Shown here in pieces: positions 16,601 to 30,470 of a stretch of DNA of 64,000 nucleotides (positions are counted from its first letter, which is position 1; each line of letters opens with the position of its first letter). The stretch is taken from NCBI RefSeq assembly GCF_009914755.1, contig NC_060939.1. One strand, given 5' to 3'. Both the position numbers and the translations under genes were made by a program. This DNA is from the human T2T-CHM13v2.0 reference genome, Homo sapiens. The notes below the pieces were generated by a model. The model did no database searches. It was not told the origin of the DNA and saw only the letters and a program-made list of their open reading frames with translations.

Positions 16601-16976
16601 CTAGAATATAACAGACAGATATGCAGTTCTAATCCCCATCATTCAAAAGTAAATTAAATCCCAAACCTTAAAATAAGGGTTTCATATAGACTAGAGTGTA
16701 TAACTGATTCTTCTGTTTCAAAACCTTGGCTAGCAGTATTTAACAGTTACACACTCATTAATGTTTGTCATCATGTGAAAAATGAATTATAAAAGAGTGA
16801 TATTAGACTTTTCCTCATTTAATGTAGTACACAACTTGTCAATAAAGACATTCAAATTCTGTATGTGTTGTACAGATGGTTATTATTCAGAAGACATTGA
16901 TTCTTATTTGCCTAAACTCTTGGGAAGACTTCAGAAAAGAAATAGCTACAGCTGGCTATAAAACTATTAAAAATGC

Positions 16977-17332
<356 letters not shown>

Positions 17333-17633
17333 CTAATTCCTAAACAACTCTTAAAGACCTATAGCAAATTAGCCTACTGTTTTACATAGTTGAACATTTA
17401 TTTACTAGTAGATCTTGATTTAATTCTAAGTCCAGATACAGATGATTTAAAATTATGTTTTCTGAATTGTTATCCTGGAAAGTTAAAAATACACACTGAA
17501 AATACAGTAATACTAATCTAAAAGAAAATTTCAAAAAATTTTAGTGACAATATGATTACATTAACACAACCAAGATGAGGCATGTTTAGGATTCTCTTAT
17601 TTTAAATGGTATACACGTGATGTTAGCACTCAC

Positions 17634-17761
17634 AATCTGTTGAACACACAGGTCTGTTGCAGTGAATATTGCTTCTTGGTAACATTCCATACGCGGATGG
17701 TGCCATCATTGCCACTTGTAGCCAAAAGACCTTTTTTATTACACCAAACACATGTCATTAC
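17634..17761 (-). CDS. HERC1: HERC1 exon, first WD40
   Basis: tctag|GTA...TT|gtgagt; VMTCVWCNKKGLLATSGNDGTIRVWNV; 128 nt. Confidence 0.95.
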
Positions 17762-17879
17762 CTAGAAAAGTTGAAACAGGTAGTCTAATAATTTTCTATT
17801 CAAATGATTTTATTATTTGAAAAAGTTGTATCCAATTTTTAAAAATCTACCATGAAATTAAAAGAAAAGCATCCATTCC

Positions 17880-18170
17880 TTTCTTTTCTTGAGATGAAGT
17901 CTTGCTCTGTTGCCCAGACTGGAGTGCAGTGGCTCAATCTCAGCTCACTGCAACCTCCATCTCCCGTGTTTAAGCAATTTTCATGCCTCAGCCTCCAAAC
18001 AGCTGGATTACAGGCACGTGCCACCACAACTGGATAATTTTTGTATTTTTAGTAGAGATAGGTTTCGCCATGATGGCCAGGCTGGTCTCGAATGCCTGGC
18101 CTCAAGTGATCCGCCCACCTCAGCCTCTCAAAATTCTGGGATTACAGGCATAAGCCACCACACCCAGCCT
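17880..18170 (-). mobile_element. Alu
   Basis: Reverse dimer; TSD tccattc. Confidence 0.94.
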
Positions 18171-18378
18171 CCATTCTTTTCTAAATGGCTTGCAAATATA
18201 TTTGAAGCTATACTTATTTGAAGTATAGCTTTAAGGTACTATGCACTAATGCATTTGAATTATCTGAGACCTATTATAATCTTTACTAAATATGTTTACT
18301 TAATAAGTACTTTAACATTTTATGTTCTATAAAATAAATAACACAGACTAAGAAGTAATTTTAAAAATTGTTTAAGTA

Positions 18379-18679
<301 letters not shown>

Positions 18680-18758
18680 TCAATCTTCATTTCTTGTTAC
18701 AGCTCAGAGACCCCATGGGTTAGATTAAAATAGTGAGGCCAATTTCTTTTCCTTTTGC

Positions 18759-19060
18759 GTGTTGTCCTTCAGTATCTGTGGGTGATTGGTTCCATGATTC
18801 CCTGCCCCAAATTTGCAGATAGATTCCTTATAAAAATGGGGTAGTATCTGCATAGAACATATATATATCCTCCCATGTAATTTAAATCATCTCATGATTA
18901 CTTTAAATACCTAACAGAATGTAAATACTATGTAAACAGTTATACTGTACTTTTCATTTGTATTATTTTTTATTATTGGATCATTATTTTTTACCCCAAT
19001 ATTTTCCATTGGTAGTTGGTTGAATCAATGGATGCAGAACCCACGGATACAGAGGATCAA
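18759..19060. mobile_element. MER2 (Tigger family MITE)
   Basis: Inverted termini gtatctgtgggt / acccacggatac; MER2-like body. Confidence 0.75.
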
Positions 19061-19338
19061 ATGCATAAGTCTTCATCTTTTGTGAAGCTATTCCTTTGGT
19101 TTTCTTCTCATCCCCCATCCAATTCTCCAATTCGTATACTATTATATCAAACCAGCATACAGAGAAAGTAGAGTTGGTAACTGCCAGGAACATCTTTGTA
19201 ATTGTGTGCATGTGTATGTGTACGTGTGAAAGAGAGTGACACAAAGAGAGAGACCTAAACTTTGAGCTCCTTGAGAAGAGAAGAGACTATTTCATCTTAC
19301 ATAACGTGATTAACACACTTTCCACTCAAAATACTTAC

Positions 19339-19544
19339 TCTGTTCTGATGAGCCTCCAATTTGATAAAGGAGCATTTTCTAAGATCTCCTCCCATATCAG
19401 CAAGTGTCTGCAGAGTAGTTTGGTTGTCACGGTCGTGTGCAGCAAGAGTGCGCACGAGTTGCTGAGCTGCCCATTGCCGATGCTGTGAGGACAGCCTGGA
19501 GGAGAGGCAGCAGGCTGCCAGGGCATTAGCCAACTCCAGAGGGC
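19339..19544 (-). CDS. HERC1: HERC1 exon (in-frame upstream acceptor at 19595 also possible)
   Basis: tgtag|GC CCT...AGA|gtaagt; PLELANALAACC...EAHQNR; 206 nt fits remembered numbering. Confidence 0.9.
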
Positions 19545-19744
19545 CTACAGCAGAAGGATCATAGGAAGGATGGGCATACAATTGGGCAATTAAACCTGCT
19601 TAAACAAAACATGAAATGATGCTCAGGTGAGATTTGGTGGTGGTGAACAAGCAAATGGGTTAACCCATATCTTTTAAGAATTGGCACTTTTGCAAGCAAT
19701 TATTTCACTAAAATATGCACACAAGAAATAAAGCATTTATCTCA

Positions 19745-20103
<359 letters not shown>

Positions 20104-20257
20104 TTATTATACAACAATCAATAGTCTTTGCTCCAAGGACTCAGTAGACTAAGAAAGCAGCAGAAATAATTTTAAAACCAGGATGGAGATGGCATGCCTT
20201 TAAGAAAACAGTTTGGCTTTTGTTGCTCAAAAGTGATGGTGTGACTGTAACCAGTCA

Positions 20258-20599
<342 letters not shown>

Positions 20600-20960
20600 T
20601 TATCTCTTGGCTAAATGGTCCTGATGAAGAGAAAGGCAGTACTGATAAGTAGTCCCTTCAAAGTGTTATAATCTTAAAACAAAGAGAAAAATAACACTGC
20701 CTTCATCTAAATTTTATTAAAGAAACCTACCAGGATTATTATCTATGGTAACTCAAATCATAATCTATAACTAAACTAATATGGTACATTTTCTAATCTT
20801 TGTTTCCATACACAGTGAAAAAGTATCTATGCACTTCTTTTATGTTCTAAACTTAAGAAACTCACGTCATATAATTTATCATATACTAACAATGTAAAAA
20901 CATTATTTAAAAATAAGAAGTCGATTAGAAGACTGTATGTTTCAGTAGTATGAAACTTAC

Positions 20961-21174
20961 CTTTCTTTTCAACTTCTGACTTATCATAGTTAGGTCTTAG
21001 TTTGGCCCCTTTGTCTGCTAGCAATGCCACAAGGGCCTGTGTTACAACAAAGTTTGGGGAGGTCACAAGCTTGTTCTCTTCAGCAATTCCTCGGAGAAAG
21101 CTGGGTAGAAACTTTCGCTGAATTGAGTCATCAACTGTGGTTAGATTTACACCTGTTGCAGCAGAAATCAAGTT
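20961..21174 (-). CDS. HERC1: HERC1 exon
   Basis: ttcag|AAC...AAAG|gtaagt; NLISAATGVN...EVEKK; 214 nt. Confidence 0.96.
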
Positions 21175-21306
21175 CTGAAGAAGCAATTGGAAAAACAGAC
21201 TTAATTTTTACATGTAATTTTGGAACAAAAATATTTCATTTCAAAAGGCTCAAGAATCAGTCAGAAATAATCAATGTAACGGGGAAAAGTACTGAAAGTA
21301 GCTTAC

Positions 21307-21577
21307 CTGTGTACACAACTGTACAAGCAGTTTGGCAGCACTAGGAGCATTTGATGCCAGACATCCCACTGCTGTGCTCAAATAGGCCAGGCAAGAGATA
21401 GGCTTGTTAGCCTTGCTATGCCCACCTCGTGATCGTTCTGAGGTGCTAGCCATGGCAGAAGGGCTGGTGGAGAGGCCAGCTCTCCCTGCTGCTGCCAAGC
21501 ACATTAATCGAACTAGCGTTCGGATATCTGTTAGCCCCAGAGACTCAAGACCAGCAGCCAGGCTACAACTGGAACCA
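21307..21577 (-). CDS. HERC1: HERC1 exon
   Basis: ggcag|T GGT...CAG|gtaagc; GSSCSLAAGLESLG...QLCTQ; 271 nt. Confidence 0.95.
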
Positions 21578-21829
21578 CTGCCAGTAAAGAAAAACATCTC
21601 AGATGGATAAAGAAAATGGATTTCTTAAGGGACCATTTGCAGTCCCACATAACATTCACAGCATCAACAACCATAATAAAATGTAAGCTGCACTATCATT
21701 AGCCATACATGTCCTAAGAGTTGCCAAAGGTATCAAGCTGGAAACTGGCATCTAAACGTTCTCTCCTTTTAATAAGTATTGGCATATACTTGAAGTACAA
21801 TTGAACTGACAAAGTAAAACAGGAATGTT

Positions 21830-23260
21830 CACAAAGCATAAATTTTCATAAGCTGAACAAACCCATGTCACCGCCCTCCAGATCAAGAAACAGAACATTG
21901 CCAGTACCTCAGAAACCTGCTTTGGGCTTTTCTCAGTCACGATGCTCTCAGAAGTAACCACTATCCTGACTTCTAAAGCTACAAGTTAGTTTTGCCTGTT
22001 TTTGAACTTTACATCAATTGAATAATTAATATATGTACTCTTTTGTGTCTGGCTTCTTCAATATTATGTTTGTAAGATTCATCCAAATCTTGTAGCATTG
22101 AGCAGTTCGTTTTCATTGACATATACATGAAATCTGCCACAGTTCATTTATCCCTACAGATGACAATCAGGCGGTTTCCAACATGGGGCTATTATGAATA
22201 GTACTACCATGAATGATTGGTCTTTAGGGGGCACATATTTAAGTATTTCTGTTGGATATATACCCAGAAGTGGATCTCTGGGTCACAGAGTATGTTCCTG
22301 TTCAGTTTTAGTTGATACTATCGAACAGTTTTCCAAAGTGGTTATACCAATTCATTTTCTCACTAACAATGTATGGGAGTTTTAGCTGTTTCAGTCACTT
22401 TTTTCTCTCTAGTGTTTTAAATGTTTGCCATTCTTGTGGGTGTGCAATGGTATCTCATTGGTGGGTTTTTTGTCTTAGGTTTTTTTTTTTTTTTTTTTGA
22501 GACAGGGTCTCACTATGTTTCCCAGGCCGGTCTCAAACTCCTGGCTCAAGGGTTCTTCCCGTCTTGGCCTCCCAATCACACTGGATTTTAATTTTCATTT
22601 CTCTGAAGACTCACTGAGGTTGAACATCTTTTCATGTTTATTGGCCATTTGGAGATCCTCTTTTGTGAAACACTTCTTAATGTGTTTTGTCCACTTTCTT
22701 CTGGGTTGTCTTTTTCTTGTTAATTTATAGGAATTCTTTACACATTCTGTTGGTTAGATGCATTACTAATATCTTCTCCCATTCTATGGCTTGCTTTTTT
22801 ACTTTCTTACTTTTCAAATCACTTTTGTTAAACAGAGGTTTTCTATTTTATTGTATTCCAATTTATCAATCTTTTATGGCAGATTCCTTTTGTGACTTGC
22901 TTGAGGAATTTTTGCTTGTCCCAAGACCAAGAAGCAATTCTTCTATGTTACCTTCAATAAACTTTATTGATTTATTTTTCTTTTATATTTAGATCTAATA
23001 GCCACTTTATAACTATTTGCTTTATATAGTTTGAGGTTGGGACCAAGGCTTTTTTTTTCTATGTGGATAAACCATCAGACCCTGCTTCAGTTACTGAAAA
23101 AAACAGCCTTTCTCTATTGCTCTACAGTGTGAACCACTGTCATAAATCAAACCATAAATCAAGTGTTTATTTATATGTATGGGTCAGTTTCTTAACTCTC
23201 TTCTGTACTATCCTATTTGCCTATCCTTGAGCCAATAGCACACAGTCTTATGGAAATTTT
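21830..23260 (-). mobile_element. Old L1 (L1ME-like) 3' region, with a reverse Alu fragment at ~22480-22575
   Basis: ccagatcaagaaacagaacattgccag and tatacccagaagtgga...ttttccaaagtggtt are antisense L1 motifs. Confidence 0.8.
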
Positions 23261-23762
23261 GTTTTTCTTTCAGGATCTTTCTGCCTTCACTGATTTGCCA
23301 TTAAATACTCCTGCTTAATCACTTCTTAAACAGCTGTCTTTTAGGTATTTCTGGTTCTCATCCCCTTTTTACATTACACTCCACAGTATCAACACGGCAA
23401 GGATCCCCATGATGGCATCTGCAGGCTGACTTAGCTACACAGACGGTCAATACATTTTGACCTTTAGTTTTTGATCCAGCACCATTGGGATCAACAGCCT
23501 TAGTTTCCCATTTCAAGCAACAAAATAAAATGTATGCAGTTTACTCAGTTGTGATAATGGCATTATTTTCTACCTAAAAAGAGCCAAGTATTAACTGAAT
23601 GACCGATTGAGTGAATAACAATGACTACGTCTAACATCTTTCATTCAACAGTACATATTCAAGCTTCTAAAATTCTATCTCACCCTCCCAAACACCACCA
23701 GACTTCCAGCTAATGTACACTAGAAGTTAACTTAGCATCATGTGACATAAAATAACACTTAC

Positions 23763-23937
23763 CTGACTGAGAGAAGAGACAGCGCTCTCATGACCATGGT
23801 TCTGGCCAGAAGAACCTGAGCAGCAGCAGTCACTCTCCTTAAAGCCACCACACGGTCATGAGGGTTTGCTAGGGCAGCTGCCTGCTCTCCTAACGTTATT
23901 CTCCCAGAGGAGCTCTTTTCTACGGAGCCATGGCAAC
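23763..23937 (-). CDS. HERC1: HERC1 exon
   Basis: ttcag|GT...AG|gtaagt; CHGSVEKSSSGRITLGEQ...LSLLSV; 175 nt. Confidence 0.96.
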
Positions 23938-24477
23938 CTGAAAAACATAATTCTGTTTTGTTCTCAACAAGGTAAGAAAAAAATACATCTGAACTACTAA
24001 AAACATTTCCTATTCTACAGAGGTTCCATAACAAACCAATGTCTTTTGCTCATCTGGAACTTGGTTATACAGAAAATTTCTTAGGAGAAACTCACATATT
24101 TCTAAGTTTGAACTTGGATATTTCTAACTTAGATATTTCTATGTTAACAATGTATTTACCATAGGAGTATTTATACTTAATTTACCAGTAAGTATTTTCT
24201 GTTTTGTTCATTTTGCCCATGTATCACATCTACTGATTATAAGTGCTTTGAGAATTTATAAAGGACTGAATTACCAATACTGCCCAATTCTTTATTTTGT
24301 ATTCCCTATACCAAAAATTTACCACACCCTCTCACCCAAATAAAAAGAAGACTGCACAATAATTTTAAGTTGGTTACAGGATTCTCTTAACACCAAGTTT
24401 TTTTTTAAATAACAAGTTCTATAAATCTTTTTATTGCTTCGGTATCATGAAAGACAAAAAAAAATCAAAACATTTAT

Positions 24478-24772
24478 TTTTTCCTCTTGAGACAGGGTCT
24501 GGTTCTGTCACCCAGGCTGGAGTGCAGTGGCTCAATCATCACTCACCATAACCTCAAACTCCTGGGATTAAACAATTTTTCTGCCTCAGCCTCCTGAGTA
24601 GCTGGGACTAAAGGTGCACACCACCCACCCAGCTACTTTTCTTCATTTTTTTAATAGAAATGGGTCTCACCATGTTGCCCAGCCTGGTCTTGAACTGCTG
24701 GCCTCAAGCGACCTTCTTTCTTCAGCCTTCCAAAGTGCTGGGATTACGAGCATAAGCCACCAAGCCCAGCCA
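24478..24772 (-). mobile_element. Alu (AluJ-like)
   Basis: Reverse dimer. Confidence 0.93.
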
Positions 24773-24954
24773 AAACTTAATACCACATTATACCTTCAAA
24801 ATGTTAAAACAACTGGCTAAAGAGACTTGTTGGGGTGAGATAATGTTGAACCATTAGTCTTATTTACTTTTACTTTATTATTATTATTTACCTATCTAAG
24901 AAACAAATTATAGTAGATGCTATAAAATCAATGCAAATCAGGATTTCAGTTTAC

Positions 24955-25155
24955 CTATTTGCATCAGAGTCTCTTCCATACTGTTGGTGGCTGTGACCAT
25001 TGCTACTGATGCTCCCAGTGGATCGCTGTCAGGGAACTGAACTGGTTCTGGTACAATGCGCCGGTCATTTAAACCAAGCGGTCCAGCAAGTAATTCAAAT
25101 TCTTCTTCACCAGTTAGCTTTTCATCTTCATCAACATCCAACATGTCCCAGTCTT
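24955..25155 (-). CDS. HERC1: HERC1 exon (acidic)
   Basis: tccag|AA GAC...ATAG|gtaaac; DWDMLDVDEDEKL...TLMQI; 201 nt. Confidence 0.95.
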
Positions 25156-25255
25156 CTGGAATTTAAATAAATAAATGTATAGTATGTGAATTTAAATATT
25201 ACATAAATCTGCTGGCAATGGTTGTTCTGAAAATACATCTAAAATGCAGATGAGC

Positions 25256-25760
<505 letters not shown>

Positions 25761-26191
25761 CTAATTAAAAATATTGTCATGGGTCCAACAAAGAGTTCTT
25801 AGCTGTCTGTAATCATTAGGGAATGAGTTATTTCAAGAAAATGAGTGCTCCAGAAAAATCAATGCTCATCTCTATTTATTTTTTACTTTCCACAATTAGG
25901 GTGGAAATTCAAAATATACCACATCCTTTCCCTACTTTGAAAAAAAAATACACCTAATAGAAATTAATATTCTGTGGTAAAGTTGGTCTTTGAAACCACG
26001 TTCTTTTCCTTTGACTTTTAAACCAGCGTTGTTGCTATTAAATTCCCTTGAGTTTTTAAGGGAAAATTTAAGTTAACATGTACACAAATACAAACACACA
26101 CACACACGAAGGTGAATTTTAGTAACAGATGTTAAGCAGAGAGGATATATAAAAAAACATGTAAAATAAAGAGGCTCTCAAAACAAACTAC

Positions 26192-26244
26192 CTTCATACA
26201 CACTGTCTTGCTTGCCAATTAGATCTGGAGCTTGTCCCTTGTAC
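26192..26244 (-). CDS. HERC1: HERC1 small exon
   Basis: tgcag|G TAC...GAAG|gtagtt; YKGQAPDLIGKQDSVYE; 53 nt, needed to keep the phase. Confidence 0.93.
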
Positions 26245-26971
26245 CTGCACCAAACATGAAGAACATTGCATTTTTATATAAAACAGTTAGTACCCCAAGA
26301 TGCAAATTAAGTCATTAGAACATTTTAAGAGGTCATTAATAAAGCAGCACAAAATAAAAAAGTATGTTTCATGTTATAGGCTAACATAATAAAAACTGCT
26401 GGTATGTAGGTACACACATGCTTACAAAATCAATGATTATTTTACCAAACTACTGGGGAGATTTCTGGGTTACCTAAAACAACTCTTTTAACCAAATTCT
26501 ATTCCATAAAGCCTTAAAGATTTTAATAGTTGACAATTAAGGGCAACAAACCTACTCTCTAGGGATTAAGGATGTAAAGAGATAATATTTTTATGGAACT
26601 CGTTTAATCAAAAGTCTGTTTTTTTCATCAGGAAAAAGATCTTAATTAAAATGCCAGAAATATGGTAGAAAATACAAATGAAAAGAATTGAGTAGAAGCC
26701 TCCTGAGGGTTAAGGCAAGGGTCCTGACCATTACTTGCCAACAAGTCAGAGGTTAACACAGTCAAACTCCAGGGAAGGATATGTTGCTATGCCATTATTC
26801 CTGGGAACATGAATTTCTGAAACCCCTCCATCCCTTCTGCCCAAAGTGTAAGAATCACGGGATTTCAGGGAAGGTTAAATGTAACTCCTCACGTGAAAAA
26901 TCTACAGTTCCCAAGACTTAAGGTATGAGGTATCTTCAGGAGGTCTGGATATCTACACAATTTCAAGGTAC

Positions 26972-27240
26972 CTTTCAGAACTTGTTGACTTAGATTTGGT
27001 CTTCATGGCTAAGTACTTCTCCCTGCAGGTGCCACATAACAGGTAGTATGGATTTCCACTCCCACATTCACCGCCAAACCAGCCATCCACATAGGAACCA
27101 TTGCTGCGATAGCCCTGGCGGTTTGCACTGCGCCCACAGCCTGGATGGTTTCTCTTCATGTGCTGATTGAAGCTGACGACGCTGCATTCACACAGTTCAC
27201 ACACCACCACTTCTTCCCTGTCTTCAGACTCACAAACATG
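26972..27240 (-). CDS. HERC1: HERC1 exon, Cys/His-rich putative zinc module
   Basis: tgcag|CAT...AAAG|gtacct; CELCEC...HMKRNHPGC...LLCGTCREKY; 269 nt. Confidence 0.96.
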
Positions 27241-28202
27241 CTGCACAAAAGGATTTCATACCAAATGATTAGTCAATTTAACATAAAACCAAGAAGTACC
27301 AAGTAGATTATTTATATTAAATTACTTTATTACATATGCTAGAATATTTCCAACATGTTCATTAATGCTAAATAAAAAATTTCTTTCAAATCAGAATTCA
27401 GATAACACAATCGGAAGGTGTTCTTTGCCCTCTCTCACTCTAATAAGTTATATCAATAATACAAGTAACTGAGTATCCTACTGAGAAGAGTTAATGAACA
27501 TGACAATCTGTCCTATCTCAAAATGAGGCTTTTTAAAAAAAAAACTCCACTAGTGAAAAGAACTAATTTTCATCTGGTCACAAAATGCATACCTACTTTA
27601 TGAATTTTTGGGAAAAATCATTATGATTCACTTATTTATATAGCAGATTCTCTTTCCTGTAGGACTTACATCTATGAGCTTTTTGGTCTCCCTACTACAA
27701 AAATGTAATGCTAACCAATGTATATACAAATCCACCATGTACCTTGCCCCTAAATGGAGGTATTTACAAGATCTAGGTGAGCACTGGTTCCTAGAATAAG
27801 GCATTACATTGATTAAATGGAACCTATGAAGGAGAAGAACATGCATTCAGATAGCAATGTGAGCACAGCAGCCATGTTATATAACCTGTCAACGTCTACT
27901 GGAACCTGATGCTTGTTTTGTAATTTATCTTTGACATCAGAATCAAATATTACCACAGTATGACTCTATTCATCTTGTCTGGGGAGAGAAACAATAAAAT
28001 CCCACAGAGAAAGCAAGAGAGACTTTTCCTTATTAGTTTGTAGGTATCAAAGTAACCTCATAACTTTAAATCCCCAAACCTCAGGATGAGATAAAAGACT
28101 TTTTAGAGTGTTTCAACTCTAGGCAAGGCTGCTGTTAGTAAGCTATATGAACAGGAGGGCAGGAAAATAAGTCAGAGCAGCCCCCGCTGCAGTCACACAC
28201 AC

Positions 28203-28423
28203 CCAGGTAGGCCAATCCAGTACCTCTGGGATCCACATTCCCAGAATATCATTGTCACTGGTCAGGTCTTGTCCAAACATAGCTTCCATCGCCTCATCAT
28301 CAAGATCAATTTCCAATTCCTCATCTAAATTAAAGTCATACAACGCCCCTGGGTCTTGCTGCAAAGATATTCCTTCTCTCCGACTTTGATTCCTGTGGGC
28401 CTGCACAGAGCGGTATAATCCCG
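28203..28423 (-). CDS. HERC1: HERC1 exon (GAG acceptor)
   Basis: ttctgag|CG GGA...TGG|gtgtgt; GLYRSVQAHRNQSRREG...DWPTW; 221 nt, phase fits. Confidence 0.9.
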
Positions 28424-28679
28424 CTCAGAACAAAACAAAAAAGGCATTTTATTTGCATGCATAAAATAATTCTGAATATTTCGCCAGTTCTTAACTGCCA
28501 TACATGTAGGTGAGAACCTATCTCAGTTGTCTTATTGGATCTCAGACCATAAAACATCAAATTATACCTATCACGTGTGTTTCCTCTCTTGCAAACGGGG
28601 ATAATAATAGCACTCATATCTCACTGGGTTATTGATAGGTTTAAGTAAGAGAATCCATGCGATGCTTTATAATGTTTTT

Positions 28680-28970
28680 GTTGCTGTTTTTAGAGACAGG
28701 ATCTGGATCTGTCACTCAAGCTGGAGTGCAATGGCACAATCCCAGCTCACTGTAACCCTGAACCCCTGGGCTCAAGACATCCTCCTGTCTCAGCCTCTGA
28801 GTAGCTAGGACTACAGGCACATGCCACCATACCCAGCTAACCGTTTTTTAATTTTTTTGTAAAGACAGGGTCTTGCTATGTGGCCCAGGCTGGTCTCAAA
28901 CTCCTAGCCTCAAGTGATTTCTCCTGCCTCCACCTCCCAAAGTGCTGGGATTATAGGCATGAGCCACTGA
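28680..28970 (-). mobile_element. Alu (AluJ-like) within MIR-like sequence
   Basis: Reverse dimer; TSD tataatgtt. Confidence 0.92.
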
Positions 28971-29688
28971 TATAATGTTAATCATATAGAAAAAAACTTC
29001 AATAAATATTGGCTATTACTATTCTTTTAGGTTTTAAAAAAAATCAGTTACCTTAATTATATGAGAAATATACAGTTCTCTCACTGTTCCCGTAAATTAC
29101 TGAATCATTACTCATGTTATAGTATTTCAGTGATCAAATTCTGTTTTGACAAATCACATATTCAAGTTTTTGGTTTGGAAAATATATTCCCTATAATTTA
29201 TATTTTACATGCCCAGAACGTAATCCTAGAATTTACTAATGTAATGAGGGAATCTGGTCCTTATCTAGCAGTGAAGCCCTAACAACCACAGAGCAGTACA
29301 TCAGAAAAGCCAGGGCCTACTTTTTTGGCACAGTGCCCTTTCCAGCTCCTTCTTACCACTGATGCTAAACATTAAACATGCATCATCACTTCTTAAATTA
29401 TAATTGACTGAGAGCAGAAGGAAGAGCATTTATATAATTTCTCAAAATCTACAAGTGGCCAGTATAGACTTCTGCACCCAGGGAAACTTAAAAATAAGCC
29501 TATGAATGTATGCTACGATTTAAATAAAATTATGTAAATGCATAGAAAATGATATCCAAATAGCTGTTCTGTTAATGTGGAGGGACTGAGCACTTAGTAT
29601 CATTAGTTTGAATCTTCTTTAATGTGCCTTTACATTGCTTTCAAAATAAGATCTTTCACAAAGAAAAGGATACGGAACATAAAATTAC

Positions 29689-29813
29689 CTGCTCTTGCTA
29701 GCAGTGTGCGAGCAGCTAAGTCAAACTTGTGTCTTCTTGTTACCGCTGAGCGACCTCTAGCTGATGGTCCACTTCCAGAAGCTGCATTCTCTGTATGATC
29801 CAAATTATCAGGG
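29689..29813 (-). CDS. HERC1: HERC1 exon
   Basis: tgtag|C CCT...GCAG|gtaatt; PDNLDHTENAASG...TLLARA; 125 nt. Confidence 0.95.
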
Positions 29814-30470
29814 CTACAAGTGCAAGTGAGAAAGCAACACAAAGTTTTTGAAACCATTATGGAAAGAAAGCATAGGTGTAAGCTTACTTGTAGTACTACT
29901 TTATTCTCATTGAGAATAAAATATGTTTATGATAAAATTTGAAACACATCTTTATCCCTTGAACAGTTCAATTATGCATATAACATTTCCTGTGACCTGA
30001 GCAATAACTTTGTCTGATTTTGAATTCTTCCAACAACAAAATGATGTTTAATGAAGCTCAAATTTAAATGAGATCAAATATGACCTTAACTAAATCCTAA
30101 AAGATTAAATACTTAAAATTTGAAATGATTGAGAATTCTTGCCTAGGAAAAACAGGTATTTTGAAATACGTTATGAAAATATTCACTGAGCTTGTTGGAA
30201 AAAGCTTGCATGCCATCTAGGACACAAGCCTTGGTTACTATATGGCTCCATAGTTAAAATGAAAAATAAAGATTTAAAGTCATAAGAAGTGATGAAGGAA
30301 AAAAGATTTTAGGGAGAATTTGTAAGATATTCTATACATCTCATTTTAGGATAGGCATTATCACAGCAATCTTTTTACACTTAAAGGGGCATCTTCTACT
30401 AGATATTAAAAACTATAGAAGAGATGAAAATATAAATATTACACAGAGAAGACTTAAAAGTTCAATTCTA

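Noticed and set aside
21175-21306. In-frame retention of the 132-nt intron (likewise the 174-nt intron 3759-3932)
   Set aside because: Both contain in-frame stops
28129-28140. Perfect TACTAAC followed by AGCAG on the minus strand
   Set aside because: AGs are too close to the branch motif and there is no pyrimidine tract between them; likely chance
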